This document shows, in pieces, positions 44,910-54,775 of a stretch of 64,000 bases of DNA; position 1 is the stretch's first letter; each line of letters opens with the position of its first letter. Source of the stretch: a bacterium (GTDB lineage: Bacteria; Patescibacteriota; Doudnabacteria; UBA920); the NCBI GenBank assembly GCA_016699995.1, contig CP064996.1:528584-592583 (forward strand), written 5' to 3'. The notes below the pieces were generated by a model. It saw only the letters and a program-made list of their open reading frames with translations, did no database searches and had not been told where the DNA came from. A program made the translations under genes and the position numbers.

Positions 44910-46175
44910 TTATTTTGCTGCTTCCGCAACTGCCCGGTCCAACTGAGGATCGAGGTTCTTCTCATAATCCTCTTCCGTCATCTTCACCTCTATATCCGGT
45001 ACCAACCCGTCTTTGTGCAAATTCTTTCCGCCTGGGGTAATCCATTTTGCCACTGTTACCTTCACAGCTGTATTTTGAGACAATGGCACCAGCTCCTGGA
45101 CACTGCCTTTTCCAAAGCTCTTCTCGCCAATGAGTATTGCTTTGCCATTATCCTTTAAAGCTCCCGATAATATTTCCGAGGCGCTAGCAGAACCGCCGTT
45201 AATGAGCACAACAGTTTTAATGTTCCCTAATCGGTTTAACCCCGAAGAAGTATAGTCTTTTACATCCTTTTCGCTATGAGCTTCTTTCACGATCAACTTG
45301 CCCCGCTCGAGCCAATCCGAAGCGACATCTACAGAAGTATCCAAGTATCCGCCCGGATTATTGCGCACATCCACCACAATACCTGCTACATTCTTGCTGC
45401 GGATATCCGAAACAGCTGCTTCGAAGAGTCTTTCGGTATCATCGCCAAACCGGGAGATCTTTAATATCGCAACTTGCTTGCTGCCCACCTGCTTATAAGA
45501 AACTTTTACGCTCTTCAATTCTATCTGCGCACGGGTAATGGTCACATCAAAAGTGCCATTGCCGCCTTCGCGGAATAATGTCAGCTTTACCTGAGTGCCA
45601 GATTCTCCTCGGATTATATCCACCACCTGGTCGACATTCTTGCCGCTAACAGATGCGTCATCTACGCGCACAATTATATCGTTAGCCTTTAAGCCGGCGC
45701 GCTGCGCAGGGCTGTCGTCTAATGGCGCCACAACAACTATGTTGCCTTCGCGCTTGCCTATTTCTGCACCAATGCCGCTAAACTTTCCTTCTAACTCTGT
45801 CTTAAACTGAGCCAAAGTTTCCGGGTCAAAAAATTCCGTGTACTCATCCCCAGCAGCCTGAACGGCGCCCTGGATTGCCCCGTACAAAACTTTGCGCTGG
45901 TCGATGTTGTCTTTTTCGATATATTTATTGCCGACTACATTCAAAGCTTCCCACAATAAGCCGTAATCCACTTCTGCGGTCGGACTAGTTTTATTTACAA
46001 CTTTGAATTCCCGCAAGGAAAAACTATATCCAGACTGCCCAAAGTTGTAGCCCAATCGAAAGACTATCCCCAGAATAATTACAACTAGCAGAATGCCGCC
46101 AATATATTTGCGCAGAGATCTTGTGCTTACAACAGCGCTGTTAGTTTGGTTTGAATTATTTGTTTCTGAATCCAT
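44910..46175 (-). CDS. ctpA: C-terminal processing peptidase, family S41 (PDZ + S41 catalytic domain), 421 aa
   Basis: PDZ GIGAEIGKREGNIVVVAPLDDSPAQRAGLKANDIIVRVD. S41 VLINGGSASASEILSGALKDNGKAILIGEKSFGKGSVQ. Confidence 0.85.
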   Translation of the reverse strand: MDSETNNSNQTNSAVVSTRSLRKYIGGILLVVIILGIVFRLGYNFGQSGYSFSLREFKVVNKTSPTAEVDYGLLWEALNVVGNKYIEKDNIDQRKVLYGAIQGAVQAAGDEYTEFFDPETLAQFKTELEGKFSGIGAEIGKREGNIVVVAPLDDSPAQRAGLKANDIIVRVDDASVSGKNVDQVVDIIRGESGTQVKLTLFREGGNGTFDVTITRAQIELKSVKVSYKQVGSKQVAILKISRFGDDTERLFEAAVSDIRSKNVAGIVVDVRNNPGGYLDTSVDVASDWLERGKLIVKEAHSEKDVKDYTSSGLNRLGNIKTVVLINGGSASASEILSGALKDNGKAILIGEKSFGKGSVQELVPLSQNTAVKVTVAKWITPGGKNLHKDGLVPDIEVKMTEEDYEKNLDPQLDRAVAEAAK

Positions 46176-46182
46176 AAATATT

Positions 46183-47748
46183 TTAATTTTCTTGCCCTTT
46201 CTTAAGCGACAGATTTACGATTGCCGCCAAGGCCATTAGATATAACAAAACACGTTCATTAAGAATAGTAACATCAAAGAACCCGTAAGCCAACAGCCAC
46301 ACCATAGCCAACCCGATATTTAAAAGCAGGGCTGTATGGGCGTTGAATTCAAATTGATAGCTCTTCAGCTTTAACCAAATATTTTTAAAGAAAGACAGCC
46401 ATACGATACCAAACAAAATCAAGCCAGCAACTCCCAATTCCACCAGCAGATGCAGATACAACGAATGGGCAGTGATAAATTTTTGGGGAAGATTATAGCG
46501 GAGATTTTTTTCTCCAGCCACCTCTTCAAAATTGCTGCTATTGCTGTGGGTAATTGACGAAATAAAATTGCCATAGCCGGTCCCTAGCGGGTGAGTGAAA
46601 GCATAGTTAATGCTGGATTTCCAAATCTCTAGTCGGCCAACGTTAGAGCTTTCATTTAAGTCGTATATGCTCGTAGCCCGGTCTAAAAAGTTGTCGTCTG
46701 TATTAATGGTCCGGATTAAATTCAACCCGGAAGAAATCAACGGAGAAAGCACGAATAAAACTACCACTATGCCATAGCTAACAAAGGGCAACAAAAGCAG
46801 TGATCGAGCTCTATGCCGGGCCAGCAAAAATAACCCTACCGCGACCGGGGCAAGCATGGCCAGCCATGCCCCGCGCGTACCGCTGGCGATGACAGCAAAA
46901 CATAAGCCAACCAATCCGACCCAAAAATACCAGGGTAAAGATTTTAGAGAGCGGCCGGCAAAACGAGCTATCCACAAAGCCAGGGCGAAAATAACGATAA
47001 CCGAAAATGCATGAGTGTCCTGCAAGATACCGAACATGCGCAGGCTTTGGCCGCCGCCGTTAGCGCTGAACCATGAATTGGAATAACTCAGCACTTCTCC
47101 CAAAGAATCTCCGTAATAACTGCTGGATACCAAAGTTGCCCAGTACTGCCAAAAATAATATGGTGTTGCAAGCAAGCTGGCTCCATATTGAACAAATCCC
47201 AAAATAACTGTAATCAGCAAAGAAAATTTTACATAATAAAGCAAACTAGAAAGAAACTCTTTCCCCGCAGCGGCAATTAAGCAAGTCACGTACAGCAAAT
47301 AAATATTAAACAGAAAAATAATTTGCTTCGCGCCATGAATCTTAAAGCGCGCAGCCAGCAAAGATAAAACTCCTATAATCAACAAACCGAACAGCCACTT
47401 ATCCCAGGGAGCGAACATTTTTAAAGACTTCAAAGTGAGTTCTTTTATACCCCCTAGGTTTTGCAGAAGATATTTGGCACAAACAACTAGAAACAGCCAT
47501 GCTACCAGTGGGCGCCACATAGGCAATTCTCCAATCGGCAGCACAATCATGAACGGCAATGAGAGCAGAAACAAGCCTACAGCGTCCAACTTCGGTAAAA
47601 TTACAAACAAAGCCGAAAGCAAAGCTAAATTAATCAACGCAACGGAATCCGGCCATACGTTGGTGGAGATTAATCCCACAGATATAAATTGCCAGGCGAT
47701 TGCGATCGCTAGAATGAGATTATTTTTTTGTAACAATTTTTTAAACAT
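46183..47748 (-). CDS. polytopic membrane protein of the O-antigen ligase/polymerase (Wzy_C/WaaL) family, 521 aa
   Basis: More than 10 TM helices. Periplasmic loop with SGTRGAWLAMLAPVAVGLFLLARHRAR, the Wzy_C-like Arg-containing motif. Confidence 0.5.
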   Translation of the reverse strand: MFKKLLQKNNLILAIAIAWQFISVGLISTNVWPDSVALINLALLSALFVILPKLDAVGLFLLSLPFMIVLPIGELPMWRPLVAWLFLVVCAKYLLQNLGGIKELTLKSLKMFAPWDKWLFGLLIIGVLSLLAARFKIHGAKQIIFLFNIYLLYVTCLIAAAGKEFLSSLLYYVKFSLLITVILGFVQYGASLLATPYYFWQYWATLVSSSYYGDSLGEVLSYSNSWFSANGGGQSLRMFGILQDTHAFSVIVIFALALWIARFAGRSLKSLPWYFWVGLVGLCFAVIASGTRGAWLAMLAPVAVGLFLLARHRARSLLLLPFVSYGIVVVLFVLSPLISSGLNLIRTINTDDNFLDRATSIYDLNESSNVGRLEIWKSSINYAFTHPLGTGYGNFISSITHSNSSNFEEVAGEKNLRYNLPQKFITAHSLYLHLLVELGVAGLILFGIVWLSFFKNIWLKLKSYQFEFNAHTALLLNIGLAMVWLLAYGFFDVTILNERVLLYLMALAAIVNLSLKKGQEN

Positions 47749-48844
47749 GTTTGTTCTTCCCTGCTTCTATTAATACCGCCAAAGTTTCTCTAGCGCATTT
47801 TTCCCAGCTAAAATCCTTTAGCCTATGGTACCCTTTCTGAACCATATCCGCTGCCAGGCCTTCCTGGGTTAAGACTTTTAATATAGTTTGCTTAATCTCC
47901 TCTTTGCTATTAGGGTCAAAATAGATCGCCGCATCCCCGCCGACTTCCGGCAAGCTAGAATTATTGGAAACAGCAACCGGCACTCCGCATTCAAAAGCTT
48001 CCAGAATCCACATGCCAAAGCCTTCGTAAAAACTCGGATGAATGAACAGTTCGGCCCGATGAAAAATTGGCCAGCGATCCTGATCATCTACCCTGCCCAG
48101 GTAAACGACAATATCCTTATTGGCTTCCATGGCCTCCAGGCTCTGTTCGTACTTCCAGCCGGGCTTGCCTACTACTACTAATTTATGAGGCAATTCTGGG
48201 CGCTCTGATTTTAATTCTTTAAATGCGTCAATCAAGCCGATTAAATTTTTTCGCGGCTGGATAGTAGAAAGAAAAAGTATATATTTCTCCGGCAGTTTGT
48301 CGGCTACCTGCGGAGAAAGATTATTAAAATCTCGCCCCGTTTCTTCGTAACCATGAGGTACGACACTAATCTTTTGCGGGTTAACTCTATAGTGCTTTAT
48401 TAGATCCTGTTTGGTATTTTCCGATATCGAAATAATCTTTGTCGAAAATGTTCGGGCTAGCCAGGAGAATATCCGATGAAACCAGCGCATGTAAAAGGTA
48501 AAAATCTCCGGATAATAAATCCAAGCCACATCATGTTCGGTGTAAACGCTTTTGGGATGGACAAAAGGCAATGTCGAAGCCGGAACAAACAGTACGTCCG
48601 GCGGATACCAGATCATTTCCCAGCTCAGCCGAAGCTGAGTCCAAAACACCGGAAACGGCATCACCTTAACCTTGAAGTTAGCCGGTAAAGATAAAAACCA
48701 GTCTTCTGGCTGGGTTTGTAAGTATAAAATATATTGATTGTCGGAGTCGATTTTTGCCAGATGCAAAATTAATTGCTTGGCATAATGCTCAACTCCGGTC
48801 TTAACGCGGTTATTCGCGCGTTCGGCTTCGATACCAATTACCAT
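47741..48844 (-). CDS. glycosyltransferase family 4 (GT-B, Glycos_transf_1), 367 aa
   Basis: C-terminal ELFIHPSFYEGFGMWILEAFECGVPVAVSNNSSLPEVGGDAAIYFDP (E-x7-E GT4 motif). Confidence 0.8.
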   Translation of the reverse strand: MVIGIEAERANNRVKTGVEHYAKQLILHLAKIDSDNQYILYLQTQPEDWFLSLPANFKVKVMPFPVFWTQLRLSWEMIWYPPDVLFVPASTLPFVHPKSVYTEHDVAWIYYPEIFTFYMRWFHRIFSWLARTFSTKIISISENTKQDLIKHYRVNPQKISVVPHGYEETGRDFNNLSPQVADKLPEKYILFLSTIQPRKNLIGLIDAFKELKSERPELPHKLVVVGKPGWKYEQSLEAMEANKDIVVYLGRVDDQDRWPIFHRAELFIHPSFYEGFGMWILEAFECGVPVAVSNNSSLPEVGGDAAIYFDPNSKEEIKQTILKVLTQEGLAADMVQKGYHRLKDFSWEKCARETLAVLIEAGKNKHV

Positions 48845-49242
48845 ACTTGAGAATCATTGTTTTCGTAAATAAAAGTTCCATTGCGATAGCCAATGATTTC
48901 ATCATCACCGGCAATCTTTTGCGCGATTTCTTGCTCAGCCGGATCTAGGGCCAAAAACTTAATGCTGCCATCACCGACCGTACGCCAAAATCCAAACACG
49001 TCGCGATTTTTCTCATCTTTATTCGGATAGATGTCTATTACGCCCAATTCTTTAGGCCGGTACTTGCCTTGCTCTTTATTCCGAACCAGAGTTCGAATAA
49101 GTCCCACCGTGATGGGTTCGTGCAATGGCTGCTCCCCTTCATTTGCGGCTTCGGTTGCTGCCAGCTCTGTTTCCGGCTTCGAATCGGCAACCTCATCTGG
49201 TTCCACGCCTGGCAAATAAGGATTTTCGTAATTTCTGTCCAT
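48838..49242 (-). CDS. hypothetical acidic protein, 134 aa
   Basis: ORF only. Overlaps the GT4 start by 7 nt (operon). Confidence 0.35.
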   Translation of the reverse strand: MDRNYENPYLPGVEPDEVADSKPETELAATEAANEGEQPLHEPITVGLIRTLVRNKEQGKYRPKELGVIDIYPNKDEKNRDVFGFWRTVGDGSIKFLALDPAEQEIAQKIAGDDEIIGYRNGTFIYENNDSQVW

Positions 49243-49308
49243 GCATTCATTATATAAAATTTAGCCCGAAAGTGCTATAATGGAACAAAAGCTCATTAAT
49301 CTAAATCA

Positions 49309-49824
49309 ATGAAACAAAAGACTAACAAACATTTAATTGAAGGCCTAATTGCGCTGGTGCTGATTATCGGCTTAGGCTGGCTAGTTTTGCGCAGCCGCAA
49401 TGCTTCTGCTCCCACAGAAACTACAAACACGCAAAATTCTCAACAACCAGCTACCCAGACTCCGGCACCGACTAACACCACTCCGGCTACGAATCAGTTG
49501 GCCAGCAACGACTCGGTTGCGGTGAGCACACAAAGCGACAATACTAAAGTTGTATATATAGACAATGTAAACTTGAGCAAACCGGGATTTGTTGTCATTA
49601 CAACAGAAGGGCCTGATGACGCAGTTAAAGTGATCGGTACAAGCAAACTAATCACTGCCGGCGAAAAGCAGGATTTGCAAATTACGCTCAGCAACCATAT
49701 TCTAGATTCAAGTATTAATTACAGCGTTTTACTCTATCAGGATAATGGCGACAAAGTCTTTAACATTAAAACCGATACACTACTCACCGGCAAAAACTCT
49801 TCCGCAACATTCATCGCTAAATAA
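49309..49824 (+). CDS. hypothetical membrane-anchored/secreted protein with Thr/Pro/Gln-rich linker, 171 aa
   Basis: N-terminal TM IEGLIALVLIIGLGWLVL, then TETTNTQNSQQPATQTPAPTNTTPATNQ low complexity. Confidence 0.45.
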   Translation: MKQKTNKHLIEGLIALVLIIGLGWLVLRSRNASAPTETTNTQNSQQPATQTPAPTNTTPATNQLASNDSVAVSTQSDNTKVVYIDNVNLSKPGFVVITTEGPDDAVKVIGTSKLITAGEKQDLQITLSNHILDSSINYSVLLYQDNGDKVFNIKTDTLLTGKNSSATFIAK

Positions 49825-49871
49825 TAATACCTCTAAATAACAAAAAAACCGCTCTGCTTATCAGGGCGGTT

Positions 49872-50285
49872 TTAAATTTTCATCAATCCGTAAAGCTTGA
49901 GCAAATAGTTGCGCTGCTTATAATCCACAAATTTTGCGGCCATGGCCAATTTAAATTCCGCACCATGGTTTAAGTAAATCAGATGCAGGCATTCATGAAA
50001 TACAACCAGTTCCACTAATGATTGCGGAAGCAACTTAAGCTTAGTATTAAAAGACAAAACCTTATGTTCGCTGCAGCTGCCCCAGCGGCTCTTCATAGTC
50101 CGAAACTTAAGCTGCTTGTAATCTGTCTGAAGTTCGGTCGTGTATTGCGCTACCAAATTAGCCACCCGCAGTCGAAACAAGTTTAAAGGCACATAAGGCA
50201 GTGGGTTTTGTTTATACTCAGCCTTAAGCTTTTTTAAATCTAACTGTAAAGACGGGTTCATATTTTTGATCGTTTTCATCGACAA
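49872..50285 (-). CDS. YgjP/DUF45-like (SprT/WLM-type) predicted zinc metallohydrolase, short form, 137 aa
   Basis: HECLHLIYLNHGAEF (HExxH) near the C-terminus, in the DUF45 context. Confidence 0.5.
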   Translation of the reverse strand: MSMKTIKNMNPSLQLDLKKLKAEYKQNPLPYVPLNLFRLRVANLVAQYTTELQTDYKQLKFRTMKSRWGSCSEHKVLSFNTKLKLLPQSLVELVVFHECLHLIYLNHGAEFKLAMAAKFVDYKQRNYLLKLYGLMKI

Positions 50286-50574
50286 GCTCCACTGTTTCGC
50301 CCGACATCAACTGATTAATCGCCAAGTCAGACATGAGTTCGTTGTCATTCTGAATATGCATTTTATAAGCTTCTAGTTTTTGAATCTCGCCCTGTAAATC
50401 CGATTTAATATCGGCTTCTATGCTCTTCTTGCGCGCTTTTAAATTCTCTAGCTTTTCTAATAGCTCCTGATATTCTTTATGCTGAGTTAATTCATCTTTA
50501 TATAGAGCGCGAATTTCCTTTTGCTTGCGCTTGGTTTCTTTTATTCTCGCAAAGACAGTCTGCAGGTCGTTCAT
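50224..50574 (-). CDS. hypothetical coiled-coil protein, 116 aa
   Basis: Heptad-rich KETKRKQKEIRALYKDELTQHKEYQELLEKLENLKARKKSIEADIKSDLQGEIQKLEAYK. Overlaps the downstream gene by 62 nt. Confidence 0.4.
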   Translation of the reverse strand: MNDLQTVFARIKETKRKQKEIRALYKDELTQHKEYQELLEKLENLKARKKSIEADIKSDLQGEIQKLEAYKMHIQNDNELMSDLAINQLMSGETVELVDENDQKYEPVFTVRFKKA

Positions 50575-50665
50575 TTTGTTTCTAAAATCTTAATGTTAAC
50601 TTATTGATTATATCACACAGGCAAGATAGAATAAGTAATACTAAAAGCATTCTGGAGGAATAATT

Positions 50666-51007
50666 ATGTTCGAGGAAATTGACCCAGATATAAGCTCCAT
50701 GCCTATTTATAAGCTGCAGCAGCTCGTCCAGAAACAGCGCAACGAGGCGAGAAAAGCCCTTAAAACCCTAGCGGCAAATGGGAATGACAACTGCTGGGAT
50801 GACTTGCTCAAAGCTTTGGAAAGCATTTTGCCGCCGGAGGAAAGAAAGCTATTCAAGCTGGGTAAATTTAATATGTGCCCGACGGATATATTAAAGCATT
50901 GCGAGGCATGGATACGATATCAGGCCAGCCAAGGAAATATTTTAATAAAACCCTCAGATGATGATTCAAAATTTGCCAGGCTTAACAAATTTATCCTTAT
51001 AGTATAA
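50666..51007 (+). CDS. hypothetical protein, 113 aa
   Basis: RBS ggagga 6 nt upstream. No motif. Confidence 0.4.
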   Translation: MFEEIDPDISSMPIYKLQQLVQKQRNEARKALKTLAANGNDNCWDDLLKALESILPPEERKLFKLGKFNMCPTDILKHCEAWIRYQASQGNILIKPSDDDSKFARLNKFILIV

Positions 51008-51030
51008 AACGAGCTTAAGCTCGTTTTTAT

Positions 51031-51432
51031 TTATTCTTTCTTCTCAAAATTTAAAGCGCACGAATTTATGCAATAGCGCTTGCCACCTCTATCCCGCGGA
51101 CCATCGTCATAAACATGGCCTAGGTGGGAACCGCAGCGCTTGCAAGTTACTTCCAACTGATGAATACCCATATAGCTATAATCATCTTGAAGCTCAATGT
51201 TCTCTAAGTTCGCGGGATCTGTAAACGACGGCCAGCCGGTGCCAGAATCAAACTTAGCACCAGAATCAAACAGCTGCAAACCGCAAGCTGCGCAAGCGTA
51301 CATGCCGTCTTCGTGGTTATCTACATACTTACCGGTAAAAGGAGCCTCGGTTCCTCTCTCTCGCAAGATTTTATATTGTTCCGGAGTTAAATTCTTTTTC
51401 CACTCTTCTTCGGTTTTTATCAATTTGTCCAT
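51031..51432 (-). CDS. msrB: peptide methionine-R-sulfoxide reductase MsrB (SelR), zinc-containing, 133 aa
   Basis: GTEAPFTGKY...GMYACAACGLQLF...GWPSF...CKRCGSHLGHVYDDGP...RYCINS: both CxxC pairs and the catalytic RYCINS are present. Confidence 0.9.
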   Translation of the reverse strand: MDKLIKTEEEWKKNLTPEQYKILRERGTEAPFTGKYVDNHEDGMYACAACGLQLFDSGAKFDSGTGWPSFTDPANLENIELQDDYSYMGIHQLEVTCKRCGSHLGHVYDDGPRDRGGKRYCINSCALNFEKKE

Positions 51433-51547
51433 TTAGTCATTAATTAATATTAAACACCCTCCACCAAAAACTTCTTCTGCAACGCTTTTCATACCACAAT
51501 AGTAACATATCCCACTTGAAAATAATCGCACAATATGCTAAAATGTT

Positions 51548-51874
51548 ATGGTTGTTATAGAAAGAGTGACAGCACAATGCCAAGGGGGTTCCATGAGAAG
51601 ACCAGACGAAATTTTTGAAGTCACCGGAGTATTCGCCGGTTTTACAAACACAACATACAACTGTATGTTTGTGGAACATAATTTCAATTCAGCTAATAGC
51701 TCCGCTATACAAATGCCTGCCGTATTCGAAATTATCGACCCCGCCCTGATTGCTAGAGCAAAAGAATTACCAGTGCGGTCAAAACTTAAGCTCACAGTCA
51801 CCCGCAAGACAACCGCTACCGGTCTCGCGGCCATCATTCATAATTTCGAACACATTACAAAGCCTGTCAGTTAA
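51548..51874 (+). CDS. hypothetical protein, 108 aa
   Basis: ORF followed directly by a strong terminator. Confidence 0.35.
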   Translation: MVVIERVTAQCQGGSMRRPDEIFEVTGVFAGFTNTTYNCMFVEHNFNSANSSAIQMPAVFEIIDPALIARAKELPVRSKLKLTVTRKTTATGLAAIIHNFEHITKPVS

Positions 51875-51927
51875 TCCTGGACAGGCTTTTTTATAACAAA
51901 ACCCGCTCAATATTCTGAGCGGGTTAT
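51862..51927. terminator. two tandem hairpins (agcctgtc..gacaggct+T6; acccgctc..gagcgggt+T7) between convergent genes
   Basis: Perfect 8-bp stems, each followed by a T-run. Confidence 0.65.
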
Positions 51928-51934
51928 TATTTTT

Positions 51935-52753
51935 TTAAAAGCCTACGGTGACATCGCTGACCCGTTTAGGATTGGCGGTTTTCCAAAAACCTATTTCATC
52001 ATAACGAATCATCAGCAAATGAGCGATCATCTCATCGCTGGGACAAAGAAAACCGGTGTAAGTGTTGGCGTAGTAACCGGTGGGGTGTGAACATAATCCA
52101 GACACAAAGTGGAACGAACCATCTTCCTGGGCACGAAATGCCAAGGTTGGCCTGTTGCGCCGGATGATGTAGTGCAAACCGCTCCGGGTCTTTGGCTCGC
52201 AGAAAGCATCAGTCAATTCTAATGCACGAACCTGAGCCGGCCGAAGCAAGCTAAGCAATTTTTCGCGGGCAATTTTTTCGGCATCAGCATTTTGCCAAAT
52301 GAAAGCTTTTTTTAGGCTTCGGCAAGTTAGCATCATGCGTTCATTGTCAGAAGATAAAAGCTCCTCTATCTCATGGCGGCGTTCCTTAGTTAAAGCATGC
52401 TCGTAAATGATAACCTCGTAGCGCTTCTTGGAACCAGCTTTGCAAGTAGTCCAATTGTTCAGCACTCCCCAATTCTCATTTGCCTTGCACTGCTTTTTGA
52501 ACTCCCTGTTCTTTTTGGCTTCTTCGCGCTTTTCTTTGGGGGTCATAAAGGCAGCCCGGAGTTTTCGGCGCAGTGTTATTAAAGCTGCGTCATCGGTCAT
52601 TATATCGTCCCAAATAAATCCGGCCGGCAAGCCATAAGGAAACAGGTCTGTTAGATTATGCTCTTCCAAAAGTTGCTCTTCCAGGAGAATATCTTCCTGG
52701 CCCCGCAACGTCCTTTCCAGAAAGCCATCTTCATCATCTGCAAGAGCAAACAT
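51935..52753 (-). CDS. hypothetical protein, 272 aa
   Basis: ORF. Start overlaps the upstream 98-aa gene stop. No motif recognised. Confidence 0.4.
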   Translation of the reverse strand: MFALADDEDGFLERTLRGQEDILLEEQLLEEHNLTDLFPYGLPAGFIWDDIMTDDAALITLRRKLRAAFMTPKEKREEAKKNREFKKQCKANENWGVLNNWTTCKAGSKKRYEVIIYEHALTKERRHEIEELLSSDNERMMLTCRSLKKAFIWQNADAEKIAREKLLSLLRPAQVRALELTDAFCEPKTRSGLHYIIRRNRPTLAFRAQEDGSFHFVSGLCSHPTGYYANTYTGFLCPSDEMIAHLLMIRYDEIGFWKTANPKRVSDVTVGF

Positions 52754-52754
52754 A

Positions 52755-53051
52755 TTAACCTCCAGCCATTGGGGACACTACGAGCACGTCAGTGTTTCGG
52801 CTGGGTGCGCGTTTGGTGGGTCCAACCAAAATCCACTCGTTGGTTTCCTGGTCGTATCCTGTGATCTTGAAGTGCTCTTTGCCTACCTCCAAAAAGCAGG
52901 TGGCCTTTTCTTTGATAAGCCTGGTAATTTCCTCTGCAACCTGCGCACGCCCCTCGGGCGTATCCTCATAGATCTTTTCCTTGTCGCCGGCACTGGCATG
53001 AAGGTTTGAAATCCGTATCTGTCCAACTTCTTCTTTGTTAGTCTTAGCCAT
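52755..53051 (-). CDS. hypothetical protein, 98 aa
   Basis: ORF with RBS-like aggagga upstream. Confidence 0.35.
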   Translation of the reverse strand: MAKTNKEEVGQIRISNLHASAGDKEKIYEDTPEGRAQVAEEITRLIKEKATCFLEVGKEHFKITGYDQETNEWILVGPTKRAPSRNTDVLVVSPMAGG

Positions 53052-53131
53052 CGTATATTCCTCCTAACATATAATGTCGATAAATCGACTTACTATTTAA
53101 CCATAAATACGGAGCAAAGTCAATGGTAAAC

Positions 53132-53166
53132 AAAAAAGACCTCACTAGTCTGAGGTCTTTTTTTAT
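53132..53166. terminator. hairpin aagacctca-ctagt-ctgaggtctt with T/A runs on both sides; terminator of the ECF sigma/anti-sigma operon
   Basis: Immediately 3' of the 53171 stop. Confidence 0.6.
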
Positions 53167-53170
53167 TTGC

Positions 53171-54775
53171 TTATTCCCCGCTAGGAACAGTTGTTTCGGC
53201 TGGCAAAACAGCTGGTTCCGAATTGGTAGTCGCAGGCGGATCAACCAATGGAATTGGCTGGCCTGGATACTGAGGGTTTTCGTTGTCTAGAATGTCGCGC
53301 ACCAAAGGTACAATTACATTCTTGCGCCAGTAGTTATTCTGGGCAGCGTTATTAATCGGGAAAACTAAGGCTGGGATGTATAATTCTTCGCCTGGACCTT
53401 TGTTATCTTTGCTATACCACATCTTTACCAAGTTCACGGTCGGTGTGCCTAATTCTAGGGTCACAACTTTTCCCGGGTACTCGTAAACATAATTGCGGTA
53501 ACCGCCGCGCTCTGCGATTTCGATAATACGATTCTGATCGGTTTCGCCTTTGTAGTTAGACTTCTGGTACTGCTTAGTTTCTAAGCCATACATAGCGGAA
53601 ACACGCTTGCTGCGAATATCGATGGTGATGTTGATGCCAGAGTTCATGCCGCTTTCGTCATACACGTCCTTTTCTTCCAACACTAATGGATAGATTACGT
53701 TAAGCTGCTCTGGAATATATATGCTGCTCTTATCCGGCGCTTGGTCGTACAAGACGCGCCAGTTGCTATAGTCATAAACAAATGGCTTGCCGAGTCCTTC
53801 TCGAGAAATCTGGTAATCATTCATGAATTGAGCGGCAATCCTGATGAGCTCATCATCGCCAGGAATGTCGGACGGGGTTAGGCGCGGTTGAGTGCCGCAC
53901 GAGTAGCCATAACATCCGTATTGGTACTGGGGCCACTTCTCCCAGTTCTGGTTCATGTTGATGGTGCCGTAATTGAGGTTGATGTATGCCGCTAAGCCGT
54001 ATTCCTTGTCCTCAAGAAAAGAAACGGACTCCATGCGAGGATTTTCGAACTTGCCTAAATCGACCAAGCCAAAGCTGAACATGCGAATCAAGCGGCTGAT
54101 CAAAGTCGGCGGCTGAACCGGTTTAGAACGCTTTAATACTGATTCTGTCTCAGATAAGTTGGCCAGATCGCTGCCTACATACTTAAATTTATAAGAAACC
54201 GCTTCTGGGTAAGGGTAATAACCGCCGCCAGTACCGCCGCCTGGTTCTACTGGCATAGCAGCGCGTTCGCCCTCTGCACCAGGAGCCGCCATGTCTGCAG
54301 CAGTATTATTACCGCCCTGATTGTTGCGGCTTGGGTCAGCGATAATGCTGACTTTGTTTAAGTCGCCGAAAGAATTTTCGTCCACTTCGGTAACGGCATA
54401 TTTTCCGGAAAGCAGTTCATTGCCTTCTACTCCAAGCAAAGCAGGATCATTTTTACTGGCAAACCAGTAACCGGTTCCGGATGCAATCACTGCAACCGCA
54501 ACCAATGGAATAATAATCTTATTCATAAAACTAAAAAGTGTTAATGGTGGTTTATTGTTTGAGCTGGCAGAATTAGCATAATGTGCCGCAGCCTGCTGAT
54601 TCGCTTTATCGGCGATTTCTGCGCGCAGCATAGTGCTAAAATTGCGGTCAGGACTAATTTGATTAGCCTGTGACTTTAGCTGTGCCAGCTTGGCCAGCGT
54701 AGCCTTATCGCTATCGCTTAGCCCGTTCTCGAAACTGTCGTTATCGAGATTGAATTTTCGGTTATCTAAATTCAT
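53171..54775 (-). CDS. putative anti-sigma factor: single-pass membrane protein (cytoplasmic N-domain, TM, large extracytoplasmic domain), 534 aa
   Basis: Translationally coupled (ATGA overlap) to the ECF sigma gene. TM IIIPLVAVAVIASGTGYWF near residue 95. Gly-rich linker. Confidence 0.5.
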   Translation of the reverse strand: MNLDNRKFNLDNDSFENGLSDSDKATLAKLAQLKSQANQISPDRNFSTMLRAEIADKANQQAAAHYANSASSNNKPPLTLFSFMNKIIIPLVAVAVIASGTGYWFASKNDPALLGVEGNELLSGKYAVTEVDENSFGDLNKVSIIADPSRNNQGGNNTAADMAAPGAEGERAAMPVEPGGGTGGGYYPYPEAVSYKFKYVGSDLANLSETESVLKRSKPVQPPTLISRLIRMFSFGLVDLGKFENPRMESVSFLEDKEYGLAAYINLNYGTINMNQNWEKWPQYQYGCYGYSCGTQPRLTPSDIPGDDELIRIAAQFMNDYQISREGLGKPFVYDYSNWRVLYDQAPDKSSIYIPEQLNVIYPLVLEEKDVYDESGMNSGINITIDIRSKRVSAMYGLETKQYQKSNYKGETDQNRIIEIAERGGYRNYVYEYPGKVVTLELGTPTVNLVKMWYSKDNKGPGEELYIPALVFPINNAAQNNYWRKNVIVPLVRDILDNENPQYPGQPIPLVDPPATTNSEPAVLPAETTVPSGE